From positions 199,903 to 263,902 of the forward strand of contig JAUSED010000003.1 of assembly GCA_030650425.1 (NCBI GenBank): a DNA stretch of 64,000 nt, in the 5' to 3' direction. The DNA is from Candidatus Omnitrophota bacterium. Its GTDB lineage: Bacteria > Omnitrophota > Gorgyraeia > Gygaellales > Profunditerraquicolaceae. The translations under genes were made by a program, and so were the position numbers. The notes beneath the pieces were generated by a model. It was not told the DNA's origin. It worked only from the letters and a program-made list of their open reading frames with translations, and searched no databases. Positions 51,370 to 61,474 of this stretch are shown in pieces. Each line of letters starts with the position of its first letter. Positions within the stretch are counted from its first letter, which is position 1.

Positions 51370-51726
51370 ATGGATAAAATGAAACTCATTGAGTCACAAT
51401 TTGTGAAAAAAGACGTACCGGAGTTTGGGGTCGGAGATACGGTCAAGGTGATGACTAGAATCCCCGAGGGCCCGGATAAGTTCCGCCTGCATCCTTTTGA
51501 GGGAGTAGTTATTGCTAAAGAAGGTTCCGGGGCAAGGGAACATTTTACGGTGAGAAAAATTTCTTACGGAGAGGGGATTGAACGCGTATTCCCGCTTTAT
51601 TCTCCGAGTATTGAGCGCATTGAACTTATCCACTCAGGAAAAGTAAGAAGGGCTAAGCTTTATTATTTAAGAGGTAAAGTTGGCAAGCGCGCCACCAAAA
51701 TCGAAAGCAAGCAAGAGAAGAAATAG
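51370..51726 (+). CDS. rplS: 50S ribosomal protein L19
   Basis: [21 protein letters not shown]...[16 protein letters not shown]. Confidence 0.9.
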   Translation: MDKMKLIESQFVKKDVPEFGVGDTVKVMTRIPEGPDKFRLHPFEGVVIAKEGSGAREHFTVRKISYGEGIERVFPLYSPSIERIELIHSGKVRRAKLYYLRGKVGKRATKIESKQEKK

Positions 51727-52333
51727 AGATTTACTTTATTACGAGCGTTTGCTTAAAAAAGACGGCTGCGATTTAATTATTGGGGTGGATGAAGCTGGCC
51801 GCGGCCCGTTAGCCGGGCCGGTAGTAGCCGCGGCAGTCGCGCTTAAAACTATAAATTTTAAAAACCGGATAGATGATTCTAAGCGTTTAAGTTCCAGTTT
51901 ACGCGAAAAGGCTTTCGCGGAAATTACCAAAAAATCGATATTTGGCGTAGGTATAGTCAGTGAAAAATTAATCGACCGGATTAATATTTTACAAGCTACG
52001 CGCCGGGCAATGCAAAAAGCGGTTATTTCTTTGACAAGTAATCTTAAGGGCCTCGATTCTTTAAATATCCACGTGATTGTTGACGGGAAGATGTCTCTGG
52101 ATTTAGCTTGGCCTTGCACTGATATTATTAAAGGGGACGCTAAGTCCAAGAGCATCGCCGCCGCCTCAATATTAGCTAAAGTTACCCGCGATCGGATTAT
52201 GCAAAAATACGACTCTCTTTATCCGGAGTATGGTTTCGCTCAGCATAAAGGTTACCCCACAGAGAGGCATCGGGGCATCCTGCGGGAAAAAGGCCCCTGC
52301 GCGATCCATAGGAAGAGTTTTTACGGTGTCTAG
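51680..52333 (+). CDS. rnhB: ribonuclease HII
   Basis: [22 protein letters not shown]; DSKRLS. Start uncertain: track ATG 51680 overlaps rplS by 47 nt; alternative TTG at 51749. Confidence 0.85.
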   Translation: MASAPPKSKASKRRNRDLLYYERLLKKDGCDLIIGVDEAGRGPLAGPVVAAAVALKTINFKNRIDDSKRLSSSLREKAFAEITKKSIFGVGIVSEKLIDRINILQATRRAMQKAVISLTSNLKGLDSLNIHVIVDGKMSLDLAWPCTDIIKGDAKSKSIAAASILAKVTRDRIMQKYDSLYPEYGFAQHKGYPTERHRGILREKGPCAIHRKSFYGV

Positions 52334-52706
52334 AGATAATTTGAAATCAGGGGTTCTGGCGGAAGATAGGGCGGAAGGATTCCTTAAGGCAAGCGGCTAT
52401 AAAATCCTGCAACGGAATTATAAAACTAAATTAGGTGAAGTAGATATTGTCGCTAGAGATAAAGATACGCTTTGTTTTATTGAAGTAAAGTTTCGTTCAT
52501 CCGACAGGTTTGGTTCGGGCCTTGAGGCAGTATCCGGGTTAAAACAGAGGCAGATTTCCAAGGCAGCTTTGAGTTTCTTAAAGGAAAAAAATCTCTTGGA
52601 CAAAAGAGCGAGGTTTGATGTTTTGTCCTTGGATTGTTCGGGGAGCGCAGAAAAAATTACCCTGATCAAGAACGCGTTTGATTTAGACGCAAGGTTTAGC
52701 TATTAA
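52326..52706 (+). CDS. yraN: YraN-family (UPF0102) endonuclease
   Basis: RAEGFLKASGYKILQRNYKTKLGEVDIVARDKDTLCFIEVKFR. GTG 52326 chosen as start; track ORF begins at 52230 inside rnhB. Confidence 0.7.
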   Translation: MSRDNLKSGVLAEDRAEGFLKASGYKILQRNYKTKLGEVDIVARDKDTLCFIEVKFRSSDRFGSGLEAVSGLKQRQISKAALSFLKEKNLLDKRARFDVLSLDCSGSAEKITLIKNAFDLDARFSY

Positions 52707-52707
52707 A

Positions 52708-53268
52708 ATGTACAAAAGCCAATCGCTTAAAAAATATCTGGATGATTTAGCAGCCAAGCTTCCTGCTCCGGGAGGCGGTTCAGCCGCGGCTTTTTGCGCC
52801 GCGATGGGCGCGGCATTAATCAGCATGGTGGTTAATTTTACTTTAGGTAAACCTCAATACGCCAAATATGAGCATGAATTAAAGGATATTCTTCACAAAT
52901 CCGAAAGCTTAAGGCAGGAATTCTTGAGATTGACAGATCTGGATGTTGTTGTTTATAAGAGCAAGAATACGCGGGATGCCTTGAATACGCCTTTTATGGT
53001 AGCGAGGCTTTGTTTTGAGGGGATGAAGTTATGCCCCGCGCTGATCAAAAAAGGGAATGTTAATTTAATCAGCGATGTGGCTGTGGCGGGGGCCTTATTG
53101 GAAGGCGCTTTTACCAGCGCGTATTTTAACGTCGAAATCAATCTAAAAACCCTGAATGACCGGAAGCTTGCGCAAGCAATCAGGAAAGAGCTCAATCAAA
53201 AAGGCAGATTAATCAGGAGGATAAGATTAGATACGGAGGAGAAAGTTGGCACAATTATTAGAGGGTAA
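52708..53268 (+). CDS. cyclodeaminase/cyclohydrolase family protein (FTCD C-terminal-domain type; methenyl-THF cyclohydrolase-like)
   Basis: LPAPGGGSAAAFCAAMGAALISMV is the hallmark motif of the family; directly upstream of folD-metF. Confidence 0.7.
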   Translation: MYKSQSLKKYLDDLAAKLPAPGGGSAAAFCAAMGAALISMVVNFTLGKPQYAKYEHELKDILHKSESLRQEFLRLTDLDVVVYKSKNTRDALNTPFMVARLCFEGMKLCPALIKKGNVNLISDVAVAGALLEGAFTSAYFNVEINLKTLNDRKLAQAIRKELNQKGRLIRRIRLDTEEKVGTIIRG

Positions 53269-54091
53269 ACCGTTAGCGGAAAAAATAAAAGAAGAAATCA
53301 AGAAGCAAGTTGTTTCTTTGAAAGTTAAGCCGGTTTTGGCCAGCATTATGGTGGGAGAAAATGCCGGCGCAGCCAGCTATGTTAAATCGCAGGCTAAGGC
53401 CGCGGAAAATTTAGGGATAGAGTACCGTTTACAAACCTTGCCTCAGGATACTACGGAAAATGCTTTAATTGATTTCATCCGCAAACTGAATGTGGATCAA
53501 TCGGTCAATGGGATGATTATCCAGATGCCCCTTCCGGCGGCGATAGACTATAAAAAGATCAGCCAGTTTATTTCACCTGAAAAAGACATCGAAGGGATGC
53601 ATCCGCAAAACATCGGTAAGCTTTTATTCGGTAAAGCCAAACTTATTCCTTGCACCGCAGCCGCGGCTATGGAACTGATTAATTCCAGCGGGATTGATTT
53701 ATACGGTAAAGAGGTTGTGGTTGTGGGCCATAGCGAGATAGTCGGGAAGCCGTTAGCGCTTTTATTGTTGGATAAATTCGCCACGGTTACGGTAAGTCAT
53801 ATCGGCACAAGTAAGGCCGGCAAGCTGGAAGAGCATGTAAGACGAGCTGAAGTTTTGGTTGTGGCGGTGGGTAAAGCCGGATTAATCAAAGGCGATTGGA
53901 TTAAAGAAGGCGCCGTAGTTATAGATGTAGGCATCAATCGCGTCGCAGAAAAAATAGTCGGCGATGTGGAGTTTGAAGCGGCAGAAAAACGCGCCGCGTT
54001 TATTACGCCTGTTCCCGGCGGCGTCGGCCCGCTGACCGTAACCATGTTAATGCGTAACTTAGTTGAAGCAGCCAAAGCGCAGCAACAATAG
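53246..54091 (+). CDS. folD: bifunctional methylene-THF dehydrogenase/methenyl-THF cyclohydrolase
   Basis: MAQLLEGKPLAEKIKEEIK...VGENAGAASYV; PLP; GHSEIVGKPLALLL; TPVPGGVGP. Confidence 0.9.
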   Translation: MAQLLEGKPLAEKIKEEIKKQVVSLKVKPVLASIMVGENAGAASYVKSQAKAAENLGIEYRLQTLPQDTTENALIDFIRKLNVDQSVNGMIIQMPLPAAIDYKKISQFISPEKDIEGMHPQNIGKLLFGKAKLIPCTAAAAMELINSSGIDLYGKEVVVVGHSEIVGKPLALLLLDKFATVTVSHIGTSKAGKLEEHVRRAEVLVVAVGKAGLIKGDWIKEGAVVIDVGINRVAEKIVGDVEFEAAEKRAAFITPVPGGVGPLTVTMLMRNLVEAAKAQQQ

Positions 54092-54098
54092 ATGAATT

Positions 54099-54968
54099 AT
54101 GACTTTTAAAGAAAAATTACAAGCTGGGAAGTTTATGCTGACCTCGGAGATCGGGCCGCCGAAGGGGATTGATATCAAGCAGCTTTTGGAAGACGCGGAA
54201 TTAATCCGCACTCGCGTTGACGCGATCAATGTGACGGACTTACAGAGTTCGGTGATGCGGCTTGGGTCGCTAGCAGTTTGTTCTCTGCTTAAGCAGCACG
54301 GATTTGAGCCGATCTATCAGTTAACCTGCCGCGACAGAAACCGCTTGGCCTTGCAATCAGATATTTTATCCGCTGCTGCCTTAGGTATTGAAAATCTCCT
54401 GCTGTTGACCGGCGATCATCCTGCCTTAGGAGACCACCCCGAAGCGAAACCCGTCTTTGATCTGGATTCAGTACAATTATTACAGGTGGTCAAAAAACTT
54501 CAAGAAGGCGCTGATATGAAAGGGAATAAATTAAGTGGTGAGCCGCCGAAATTCTGTATGGGCGCGGTGGTTAATCCCGGTGCAGACCCTTTAGAGCCGC
54601 AGATTATGAAGATGGAGAAGAAAATCGCTGCCGGCGCGGAATTTTTCCAGACGCAGGCAGTTTACGAGGTTAAGGTATTCGAGAATTTCCTGAATAAAAC
54701 CAAACATTTAAAAACTAAAATTATGGCGGGAATCGTTTTATTGAAATCAGCGGGAATGGCCCGCTATATGAATAAAAATGTGGCGGGGGTTTTTGTTCCG
54801 GATAACCTGATCAAAGAAATGGAAGAAACCAAAGATAAAGTAGCTCAGTCTGTTGAGATTGCCAGCCGTTTAATTAAAGAGTTAAAGCCGATGTGCGACG
54901 GAATCCATATTATGCCCATTGGCTGGGATACCAAAGTGCCGTTAGTTTTGGATGCCGCAGGATTATAG
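54099..54968 (+). CDS. metF: 5,10-methylenetetrahydrofolate reductase
   Basis: KLQAGKFMLTSEIGPPKG; INVTD; LLLTGDHP is the MetF pattern. Confidence 0.8.
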   Translation: MTFKEKLQAGKFMLTSEIGPPKGIDIKQLLEDAELIRTRVDAINVTDLQSSVMRLGSLAVCSLLKQHGFEPIYQLTCRDRNRLALQSDILSAAALGIENLLLLTGDHPALGDHPEAKPVFDLDSVQLLQVVKKLQEGADMKGNKLSGEPPKFCMGAVVNPGADPLEPQIMKMEKKIAAGAEFFQTQAVYEVKVFENFLNKTKHLKTKIMAGIVLLKSAGMARYMNKNVAGVFVPDNLIKEMEETKDKVAQSVEIASRLIKELKPMCDGIHIMPIGWDTKVPLVLDAAGL

Positions 54969-56916
54969 TGGAGGAAGTAAAATGTCAAAGATTGAAGAGA
55001 AATCCATAGACTTAGCCACGCAGGAAGCTTTACAAAAGGCTCAAGATGAAAATATTAAAACTACTTGGGATAGGTTGGATTGTCAGCAGCCGCAGTGCGG
55101 GTTTGGGCAGTTGGGTTCCTGTTGTACCGTTTGTAATATGGGGCCTTGCCGGATAGACCCATTTGGAGAGGGTGCGCAAGTGGGAGTCTGCGGAGCTAAT
55201 GTTGATACGATTGCGGCGAGGAACTTAGCCAGAAAAGTTGCTGTTGGCGCATCAGCCCATTCTGATCATGGAAGGGATGTAGCGCATACCTTAGCTTTAT
55301 TGGCGCAAGAAGGCGAACATAAACATGCCTCCGGCACGCATACGCATAATTATACAATTGTGGATACAGAAAAGTTTCATAAGCTGGCTAAGGAATTCGG
55401 TATCAATCCTGAGAACAAAAGTAAAGAGGAGATCGCTAAGGAGCTCTCCAAAAAGTTGCTGGAAGAATTTGGCAAGCAGGAAGGAGAGCTTGCTTTTTGC
55501 CAGCGTGCCCCTCAAAAACGCCAACAGTTATGGAGAAAATTAGGGCTTACCCCGCGCGGCATCGACCGGGAGGTAGTGGAATTATTGCATACCACGACTA
55601 TGGGCGTGGATAATGATTACAAAAATATTTTGAATACAGCGATGCGCTGCGCGCTTTCCGACGGGTGGGGCGGTTCGATGATTGCCACAGAGGTGCAGGA
55701 TATAATCTTGGGCAGCCCTCAGCCGATAAGGGGCAAAGTAAACCTAGGCGTATTAAAAGAAAATTATGTGAATATTGTGGTGCATGGCCATGAGCCGGTT
55801 TTATCCGAGATGGCGGTAAAGGCGGCTAATGATCCGGAGTTAGTGAAATTAGCCAAAAGTTATGGCGCCGAGGGGATAAACTTAGTGGGTATATGCTGTA
55901 CCGCTAATGAAGTGCTTATGCGCCATGGGGTCCCGGTTGCGGGAAATTTCTTACAGCAGGAATTGGCTATTGTTACCGGCGCCGTCGAAGTAATGCTGGT
56001 AGATGTGCAGTGTATTATGCCGGCTTTGCATGAAGTATCGAATTGTTTTCACACCAAGCTGATTACTACCAGCTCCAAGGCGCGTTTTCCCGGGGTAATG
56101 CACATTGATTTCACTATCGATAATGCCTATGAAACAGCCAAAGCGATTATCAAAGCAGGCGTAGAAAATTTTCCTAACCGGGATAAGCAAAGGGTAAGTA
56201 TCCCGAAACACGAGATGGATTTAGTGGCGGGTTTTACCAAAGAGGTGGTTTTTAATATTCTAGGCGGGCAGTACCGCTCTACTTACCAGCCTTTAAATGA
56301 CGCGATTGTTTCCGGCAGGTTAAGAGGCCTGGCAGGCGTCGTAGGCTGTAACAATCCCAAGCAGACCCATGATTTATTTCACACTGTTTTAGTCAAAGAA
56401 TTAATTAAAAACGATGTTTTGGTTCTACAGACCGGATGCTCGGCGATTGCCTGCGCAAAACAGGGACTATTAATTCCTGAAGCGGCAAAGCTTTACGCGG
56501 GAAAAGGACTGCAAGAAATTTGCGAGGCAGTAGGCATCCCGCCGGTTTTACATTTAGGCGCCTGCGTGGATAATTCACGCATCTTAACTGCTGCTTCACA
56601 CGTTATCGCGCAGGGCGGTTTAGGGGAAGATCTATCGGATATTCCGGCAGCAGGCTGCGCCCCGGAATGGATGTCTGAAAAAGCTATTACCATCGGGTTA
56701 TATTTTGTCGCCTCCGGAGTTTATACTATTTTCGGCGCTTCTCCCTTTGCGGTTTTAGGAAGTAAAAACCTGACTAATTATTTAACTAATGAAATAGAAG
56801 GTGTGGTTGGCGGCTGTTTTGCCTTCTCTGATGATCCGCTAGAGATGGCTCGGTTAATGATTGCGCATATCGATAAGAAACGCCAAGCGTTAAAGTTGAA
56901 ACCGGCGATGTACTAA
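54952..56916 (+). CDS. cooS: anaerobic Ni-dependent carbon-monoxide dehydrogenase catalytic subunit
   Basis: QQPQCGFGQLGSCCTVCNMGPCRI N-terminal B/D-cluster motif; GHEP; LHLGACVDNSR; ~650 aa. Confidence 0.85.
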   Translation: MPQDYSGGSKMSKIEEKSIDLATQEALQKAQDENIKTTWDRLDCQQPQCGFGQLGSCCTVCNMGPCRIDPFGEGAQVGVCGANVDTIAARNLARKVAVGASAHSDHGRDVAHTLALLAQEGEHKHASGTHTHNYTIVDTEKFHKLAKEFGINPENKSKEEIAKELSKKLLEEFGKQEGELAFCQRAPQKRQQLWRKLGLTPRGIDREVVELLHTTTMGVDNDYKNILNTAMRCALSDGWGGSMIATEVQDIILGSPQPIRGKVNLGVLKENYVNIVVHGHEPVLSEMAVKAANDPELVKLAKSYGAEGINLVGICCTANEVLMRHGVPVAGNFLQQELAIVTGAVEVMLVDVQCIMPALHEVSNCFHTKLITTSSKARFPGVMHIDFTIDNAYETAKAIIKAGVENFPNRDKQRVSIPKHEMDLVAGFTKEVVFNILGGQYRSTYQPLNDAIVSGRLRGLAGVVGCNNPKQTHDLFHTVLVKELIKNDVLVLQTGCSAIACAKQGLLIPEAAKLYAGKGLQEICEAVGIPPVLHLGACVDNSRILTAASHVIAQGGLGEDLSDIPAAGCAPEWMSEKAITIGLYFVASGVYTIFGASPFAVLGSKNLTNYLTNEIEGVVGGCFAFSDDPLEMARLMIAHIDKKRQALKLKPAMY

Positions 56917-56921
56917 TAGTA

Positions 56922-57359
56922 ATGAAAAGTTTATCTTACGACGTCAAAAAGTGCTTAGGTTGTAAATCCTGTGAGATTGCTTGCGGACTTGCGCATTCAC
57001 TGACGCAGGATTTGTTCAAGGCAGTTAAAGAAGAGAAATTGTCTCTTCCGCGTAAAAATGTTTACGCGGTAAAAGGGAAAAATTTTCCTTTATCCTGCCG
57101 CCACTGTGATGACGCCAAATGCGTAACTGCCTGTATGTCAGGATGTTTGGTTTATGATCAAGATAAAGGTATGGTTATGCATGATGAGAGCCGTTGCGTG
57201 GGCTGCTGGATGTGCGTAATGGTTTGTCCTTATGGGGCAATCAGGCCGGATCTAAAAACTAAGATTCCGCTGCGCTGCGATAAATGTAAAGATAAAGATG
57301 AACCGGCCTGTGTTAAGGCCTGCCCTACCGGCGCGATTATTTGGAAGGAAACCCTATGA
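56922..57359 (+). CDS. 4Fe-4S ferredoxin-type iron-sulfur protein (CooF-like)
   Basis: Multiple CxxCxxCxxxCP clusters (CLGCKSCEIAC; CVGCWMCVMVCP; CDKCKDKDEPACVKACP). Confidence 0.65.
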   Translation: MKSLSYDVKKCLGCKSCEIACGLAHSLTQDLFKAVKEEKLSLPRKNVYAVKGKNFPLSCRHCDDAKCVTACMSGCLVYDQDKGMVMHDESRCVGCWMCVMVCPYGAIRPDLKTKIPLRCDKCKDKDEPACVKACPTGAIIWKETL

Positions 57360-58594
57360 AACAATTCGTGATTATCGGTAACTCGGCAGCGGGGATTGCG
57401 GCAGTGGAGGCGATCCGTTCTAAGGATAAAACCGCCAAGATAACCATCATTTCTAATGAAGAGTATCCGGTTTATTGCCGCTGTATGATCTCATATTATT
57501 TGGCAGGGGAAGTGAAAGAGGAGAAGCTCTTTTACCGGCCGAAGGATTTCTACCAAAAAAATAATTTAGAACTTATTCTCAATAAAAAAGTCAGCCGGGT
57601 TGATCCTAAAAAGAACAGAGTAGTCTGCGAAGACAAGACGCAAGTAGGTTACGATGCTTTGTTTATTGCTACGGGTGCCCGTCCCAGATTTCCTGCTATT
57701 CCAGGGATCAAGAAAAAAGGGATATTTGGCCTGCGTACGTTAAAAGATGCTAAAGAGATCAGTAGTTTAATCCCAGTAACTAAAAGTATCTCTGTTCTGG
57801 GCGGCGGCCTGATTGGATTGAAAGCGGCCTATGCTTTAAGAAAAAGAGGGATAGAGGTTAAGGTAGTGGTTAAGTCTAAGCAAATATTGTCCCAGATGTT
57901 AGATAACCCTGCCGCTGCTTTTTTGCAAAAACGCCTGGAGGATAATGGTATTGAGCTGCTTTTAGGACAGGATGTAACCGAGATTATCGGTGAAGGCGAT
58001 ATCCAAGCGGTCAAGCTTGGTTCCGGAAAGGTCTTTGGCTGTTCGATGGTGGTAGTGGGAAAAGGGGTTGAGCCGAATATCGATTTGGTGAAAGAAGCCG
58101 GGATAGATTGTAAGGATGGGATTATCGTGAATAATCTACTGCAGACAAATATCCCGAATGTTTACGCCGGAGGGGATGTCTGCGCGTCGTCCCACGCCCT
58201 TTGGCCGATTGCTGTTGAGCAGGGGAGGTTGGCAGGTTTAAATATGGCAGGAGAAAAGATTATTTATGACGGGTCTTTAGGGATGAACTCTATTGAGTTC
58301 TTCGGCCTGCCGGTTATTTCTTTAGGCATCTATAAAACTAAAGAAGGTGACGCGGCTTATGAGGAATTAAAAGTTTGCGACCCGAAAGAAAATACCTACA
58401 AGAAGTTAGTCTTAAAAGGCAATATTTTGGTCGGCGTAATATTAGCCGGTAAAATCAAGAATAGCGGAGTGTTCTTAAGGTTAATCCGCGAAAAAATAGA
58501 TTTATCATCCATCAAAGATAGGTTATTAGCGGATGATTTCGGTTGCCCTGATATTTTAGATCTAGTCAAGGATAAGGAGAAGGTATATGTCTAA
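57356..58594 (+). CDS. FAD-dependent pyridine-nucleotide-disulfide oxidoreductase (CODH-associated NAD(P)H oxidoreductase type)
   Basis: FVIIGNSAAGIAAVEAIR (FAD GxGxxG) and VLGGGLIGLKAA (NAD). Start taken at ATG 57356 (MKQFVIIG), 4-nt overlap with the ferredoxin gene. Confidence 0.7.
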   Translation: MKQFVIIGNSAAGIAAVEAIRSKDKTAKITIISNEEYPVYCRCMISYYLAGEVKEEKLFYRPKDFYQKNNLELILNKKVSRVDPKKNRVVCEDKTQVGYDALFIATGARPRFPAIPGIKKKGIFGLRTLKDAKEISSLIPVTKSISVLGGGLIGLKAAYALRKRGIEVKVVVKSKQILSQMLDNPAAAFLQKRLEDNGIELLLGQDVTEIIGEGDIQAVKLGSGKVFGCSMVVVGKGVEPNIDLVKEAGIDCKDGIIVNNLLQTNIPNVYAGGDVCASSHALWPIAVEQGRLAGLNMAGEKIIYDGSLGMNSIEFFGLPVISLGIYKTKEGDAAYEELKVCDPKENTYKKLVLKGNILVGVILAGKIKNSGVFLRLIREKIDLSSIKDRLLADDFGCPDILDLVKDKEKVYV

Positions 58595-60767
58595 GATTGT
58601 CGCTACTTCGGTTATTCGCGGAGCAAAGCAGATTTTTAAAGAGGCGGAGACTTTTTTAAATAAGGCAATTAAAGAAAAAGGCCCGGAGCAAAAAATATCC
58701 TTTCCGGAGACTGCCTTTTATCTGCCAATGGCCAATGCTTTATTAGGGGTTAAGGTGGAAACTTTAAAAGAGGCATTGCCGATTTTGGAACACGCGAAAT
58801 CTTTACTGCCGCTTGATCCTTCGGAAAAAGTCTGGCTTCCTTATTTGGGCGACGCCTTAAATGCCGGAATGTCCACTTTATTTTGTGAAGAAATCATCAT
58901 GGCCCTGCGTTATTTATACGCTCAGGAGCCGCAAAAAGATTGCATTGGTTTTTTTAGCGATACAATTATGCGTTCTTTAGGTATACAGTTGGTAGACGGC
59001 CGGATGGCGGGTTTCGCGGCGATCCTCGGAGCCGCGCCGGATAATAAAATCGCGGTGGAGATTGTGCGTGGATTTCAACAGCGGAATATTTTGGTTTTTG
59101 TCGGTTCATCCTCTAACGGCCGCTCGATTATCGACCAGTTGATTGAGGAGAATGTGCAGATGGGCTGGGATAATTATATCGTGCCTTATGGCCGCGATAC
59201 GCTTTCAGGAATCTATCCGCTTAACTGGGCGATTCGTTCGGCACTAACCTTTGGCGGAATTAAACCGGGTCAGGCAGAAAAGTGTCTTTTATATACTAAA
59301 GAGCGTGTTTTTGCTTTTGGCTTAACCTTAGGGCCATTGGATGATTTGAAATACGCTACAGGCGCTGGAGCGATCAATATGGGTTTTCCGATTATCGCCG
59401 ATACAGATATCCCGGAAATAAAGCCTTCGGGTATTACCACTTATGAAGCATTGGTCAAGGAGTTAGATTATAAAAAGATTGTTCAGCGCTGTATTGAAGT
59501 CAGGGGAGTAAAGGTTAAAGTTGCTTCAGTAGCCATACCTGTTGCTTACGCGGCGGCCTTCGAAGGAGAGCGGGTGAGGAAAGAACAGTTGCATGTGGAA
59601 TTCGGAGGTAAGGCCAGCGCTGCCTTTGAATTCTTAAGTACGAATAAAGAAAATGAAGTTGAGGACGGCAAGGTAGAGATCATCGGCCCGGATGTTGACG
59701 CGCTCCCCGCGGGGGCTAAATCACTTCCTTTAGCGATTATCGTCGATGTTTACGGCCGCAAGATGCAAAGAGATTTTGAGCCAATTTTAGAAAGGCAGGT
59801 TCACCGCTTTGTTAATTACGCCATGGGCCTGATGCATGTGGGCCAGCGCGATATGAATTGGATCAGGATCAGTAAAGACGCTTTTGCCAAAGGTTTTCGC
59901 CTGAAGCATATCGGTGTGATCTTGCACGCGATGCTGCATCAGGAGTATAGCGCGATTGTGGATAAAATTCAGGTTAAGCTTTACACTAAAGCGGAAGATG
60001 TGGATAAATTGCTGGGAGCGGCAAAAAAAGTTTTTGATGAACGGGACAGCCGGATAGCCGGGATGACCGATGAAAGCATCGACACCTATTATTCCTGTTT
60101 ATTGTGCCAGTCTTTTGCGCCTAACCATGTCTGTGTGGTTACGCCCGAGCGCTTAGGCCTTTGCGGCGCCTATTCTTGGTTAGATGCCAAGGCTTCTTTT
60201 GAAATTACGCCTACAGGCCCGAATCAGCCTATCCCAAAAGGAGCGACGCTTGATGCAAAGTTAGGGCAATGGGAGAATGTCAATGAATTTGTGCGCCAGA
60301 AATCCAATAAGAGTATCGATAAGGTAAGTATGTATTCTTTGATGGATTCCCCTCAAAGTTCCTGTGGCTGCTTCGAGTGTATTTTAGCGATTATCCCTGA
60401 GGTAAACGGCGTGATGATCGTGCATCGAGATTTTTCCGGGATGACTCCTTGCGGGATGAGTTTTACTACTTTAGCCGGTTCAGTTGGCGGAGGAGTGCAG
60501 ACTCCAGGATTCCTTGGCGTAGGCAAGCTCTACATCATCAGTAAAAAGTTTATTTCTGCCGAAGGGGGCTTAAAGCGCTTGGTCTGGATGCCTAAAGAAT
60601 TGAAGGAGTTGTTAGGGGATAAATTAAAGAAGCGCTGCGAAGAAATAGGCGAGCCGGATTTATTGGAAAGAATCGCGGATGAAACAGTAGCTACAACTAC
60701 GGATGAGCTATCAGCTTATCTGGAAAAGGTTAAGCATCCGGTTGCCTCGCTTGAACCTTTGATGTAA
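58587..60767 (+). CDS. acsB: CO-methylating acetyl-CoA synthase subunit (AcsB/CdhC, A-cluster protein)
   Basis: FPETAFYLPMANAL N-domain; A-cluster motif SSCGCFECILAIIPE. Confidence 0.85.
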   Translation: MSKIVATSVIRGAKQIFKEAETFLNKAIKEKGPEQKISFPETAFYLPMANALLGVKVETLKEALPILEHAKSLLPLDPSEKVWLPYLGDALNAGMSTLFCEEIIMALRYLYAQEPQKDCIGFFSDTIMRSLGIQLVDGRMAGFAAILGAAPDNKIAVEIVRGFQQRNILVFVGSSSNGRSIIDQLIEENVQMGWDNYIVPYGRDTLSGIYPLNWAIRSALTFGGIKPGQAEKCLLYTKERVFAFGLTLGPLDDLKYATGAGAINMGFPIIADTDIPEIKPSGITTYEALVKELDYKKIVQRCIEVRGVKVKVASVAIPVAYAAAFEGERVRKEQLHVEFGGKASAAFEFLSTNKENEVEDGKVEIIGPDVDALPAGAKSLPLAIIVDVYGRKMQRDFEPILERQVHRFVNYAMGLMHVGQRDMNWIRISKDAFAKGFRLKHIGVILHAMLHQEYSAIVDKIQVKLYTKAEDVDKLLGAAKKVFDERDSRIAGMTDESIDTYYSCLLCQSFAPNHVCVVTPERLGLCGAYSWLDAKASFEITPTGPNQPIPKGATLDAKLGQWENVNEFVRQKSNKSIDKVSMYSLMDSPQSSCGCFECILAIIPEVNGVMIVHRDFSGMTPCGMSFTTLAGSVGGGVQTPGFLGVGKLYIISKKFISAEGGLKRLVWMPKELKELLGDKLKKRCEEIGEPDLLERIADETVATTTDELSAYLEKVKHPVASLEPLM

Positions 60768-60780
60768 TTAAAAATTTCCT

Positions 60781-60808
60781 TGACGCGCTGTATTTAGTGT
60801 ATATAATA
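60781..60808 (+). promoter_or_regulatory. sigma70-like promoter TTGACG-N16-TATAAT for the TPR gene
   Basis: Near-consensus hexamers with 16-nt spacing, 12 nt upstream of ATG 60820. Confidence 0.5.
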
Positions 60809-60819
60809 ACACTTGGTAC

Positions 60820-61416
60820 ATGCCAATCAAAATCCTCAAAGAAAATTTGAAAAAAATAACCCTCATAGTTAATTGTTTTTTATGCGTGTTTACTTCTTAT
60901 CTCTTTGCCGCGGATAAAGTTGGCAAGGCTAAAGAGGGTGAGTTAACCAGCCTGCAGGAGCAAGCAAGGCTCTATCGCGTTGAGGGCGTTAAGTTTCAGG
61001 ATGCCGGAGATTTGGATTCCGCTTTGACGCTATACCAAAAGGCAGTAGAGCTGGATCCGGTGTATGCGGTTGTTTGCAACGATTTAGGGATAATCTATGA
61101 AGCCCAAGGCCAGCTTGACCGGGCAGAAGATAGCTATCTTCAGGCTTTAAAGATAGATCCCCGCTTTTTAGGCGTCTACACGAACCTGGCTTTTTTATAT
61201 GAAGACAAGCGCGATTTGGATAAAGCTGTTTATTATTGGAAAAAAAGAGCAGAACTAGGAGATCCTGACGACCCTTGGACGATGAGGGCCGAACAGCGGC
61301 TTAAAGATGTGCGCCTTGTTTTATCTCAAAATCCTATGACGGATGTCCGCGAGAAAAAAGTTAATGATTTGGCTAGAGAGGTTGGTAATCACCTTGCTAG
61401 AGAAAAGGCCAAATAA
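60820..61416 (+). CDS. secreted tetratricopeptide-repeat protein
   Basis: Signal peptide; three TPR-like repeats (ALTLYQKAVELDP..., AEDSYLQALKIDP..., AVYYWKKRAELGDP). Confidence 0.6.
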   Translation: MPIKILKENLKKITLIVNCFLCVFTSYLFAADKVGKAKEGELTSLQEQARLYRVEGVKFQDAGDLDSALTLYQKAVELDPVYAVVCNDLGIIYEAQGQLDRAEDSYLQALKIDPRFLGVYTNLAFLYEDKRDLDKAVYYWKKRAELGDPDDPWTMRAEQRLKDVRLVLSQNPMTDVREKKVNDLAREVGNHLAREKAK

Positions 61417-61474
61417 TAAACCACAATAGAATCCCCTGCCAAAATTGAATCCGAATTATTCTACTGACAGTAAA

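Noticed and set aside
51394-51408. Fourth TCACA-ATT-TGTGA palindrome inside rplS
   Set aside because: It falls in codons for ESQFVKK of L19. The motif is the natural coding of S-Q-F-V and is probably coincidental.
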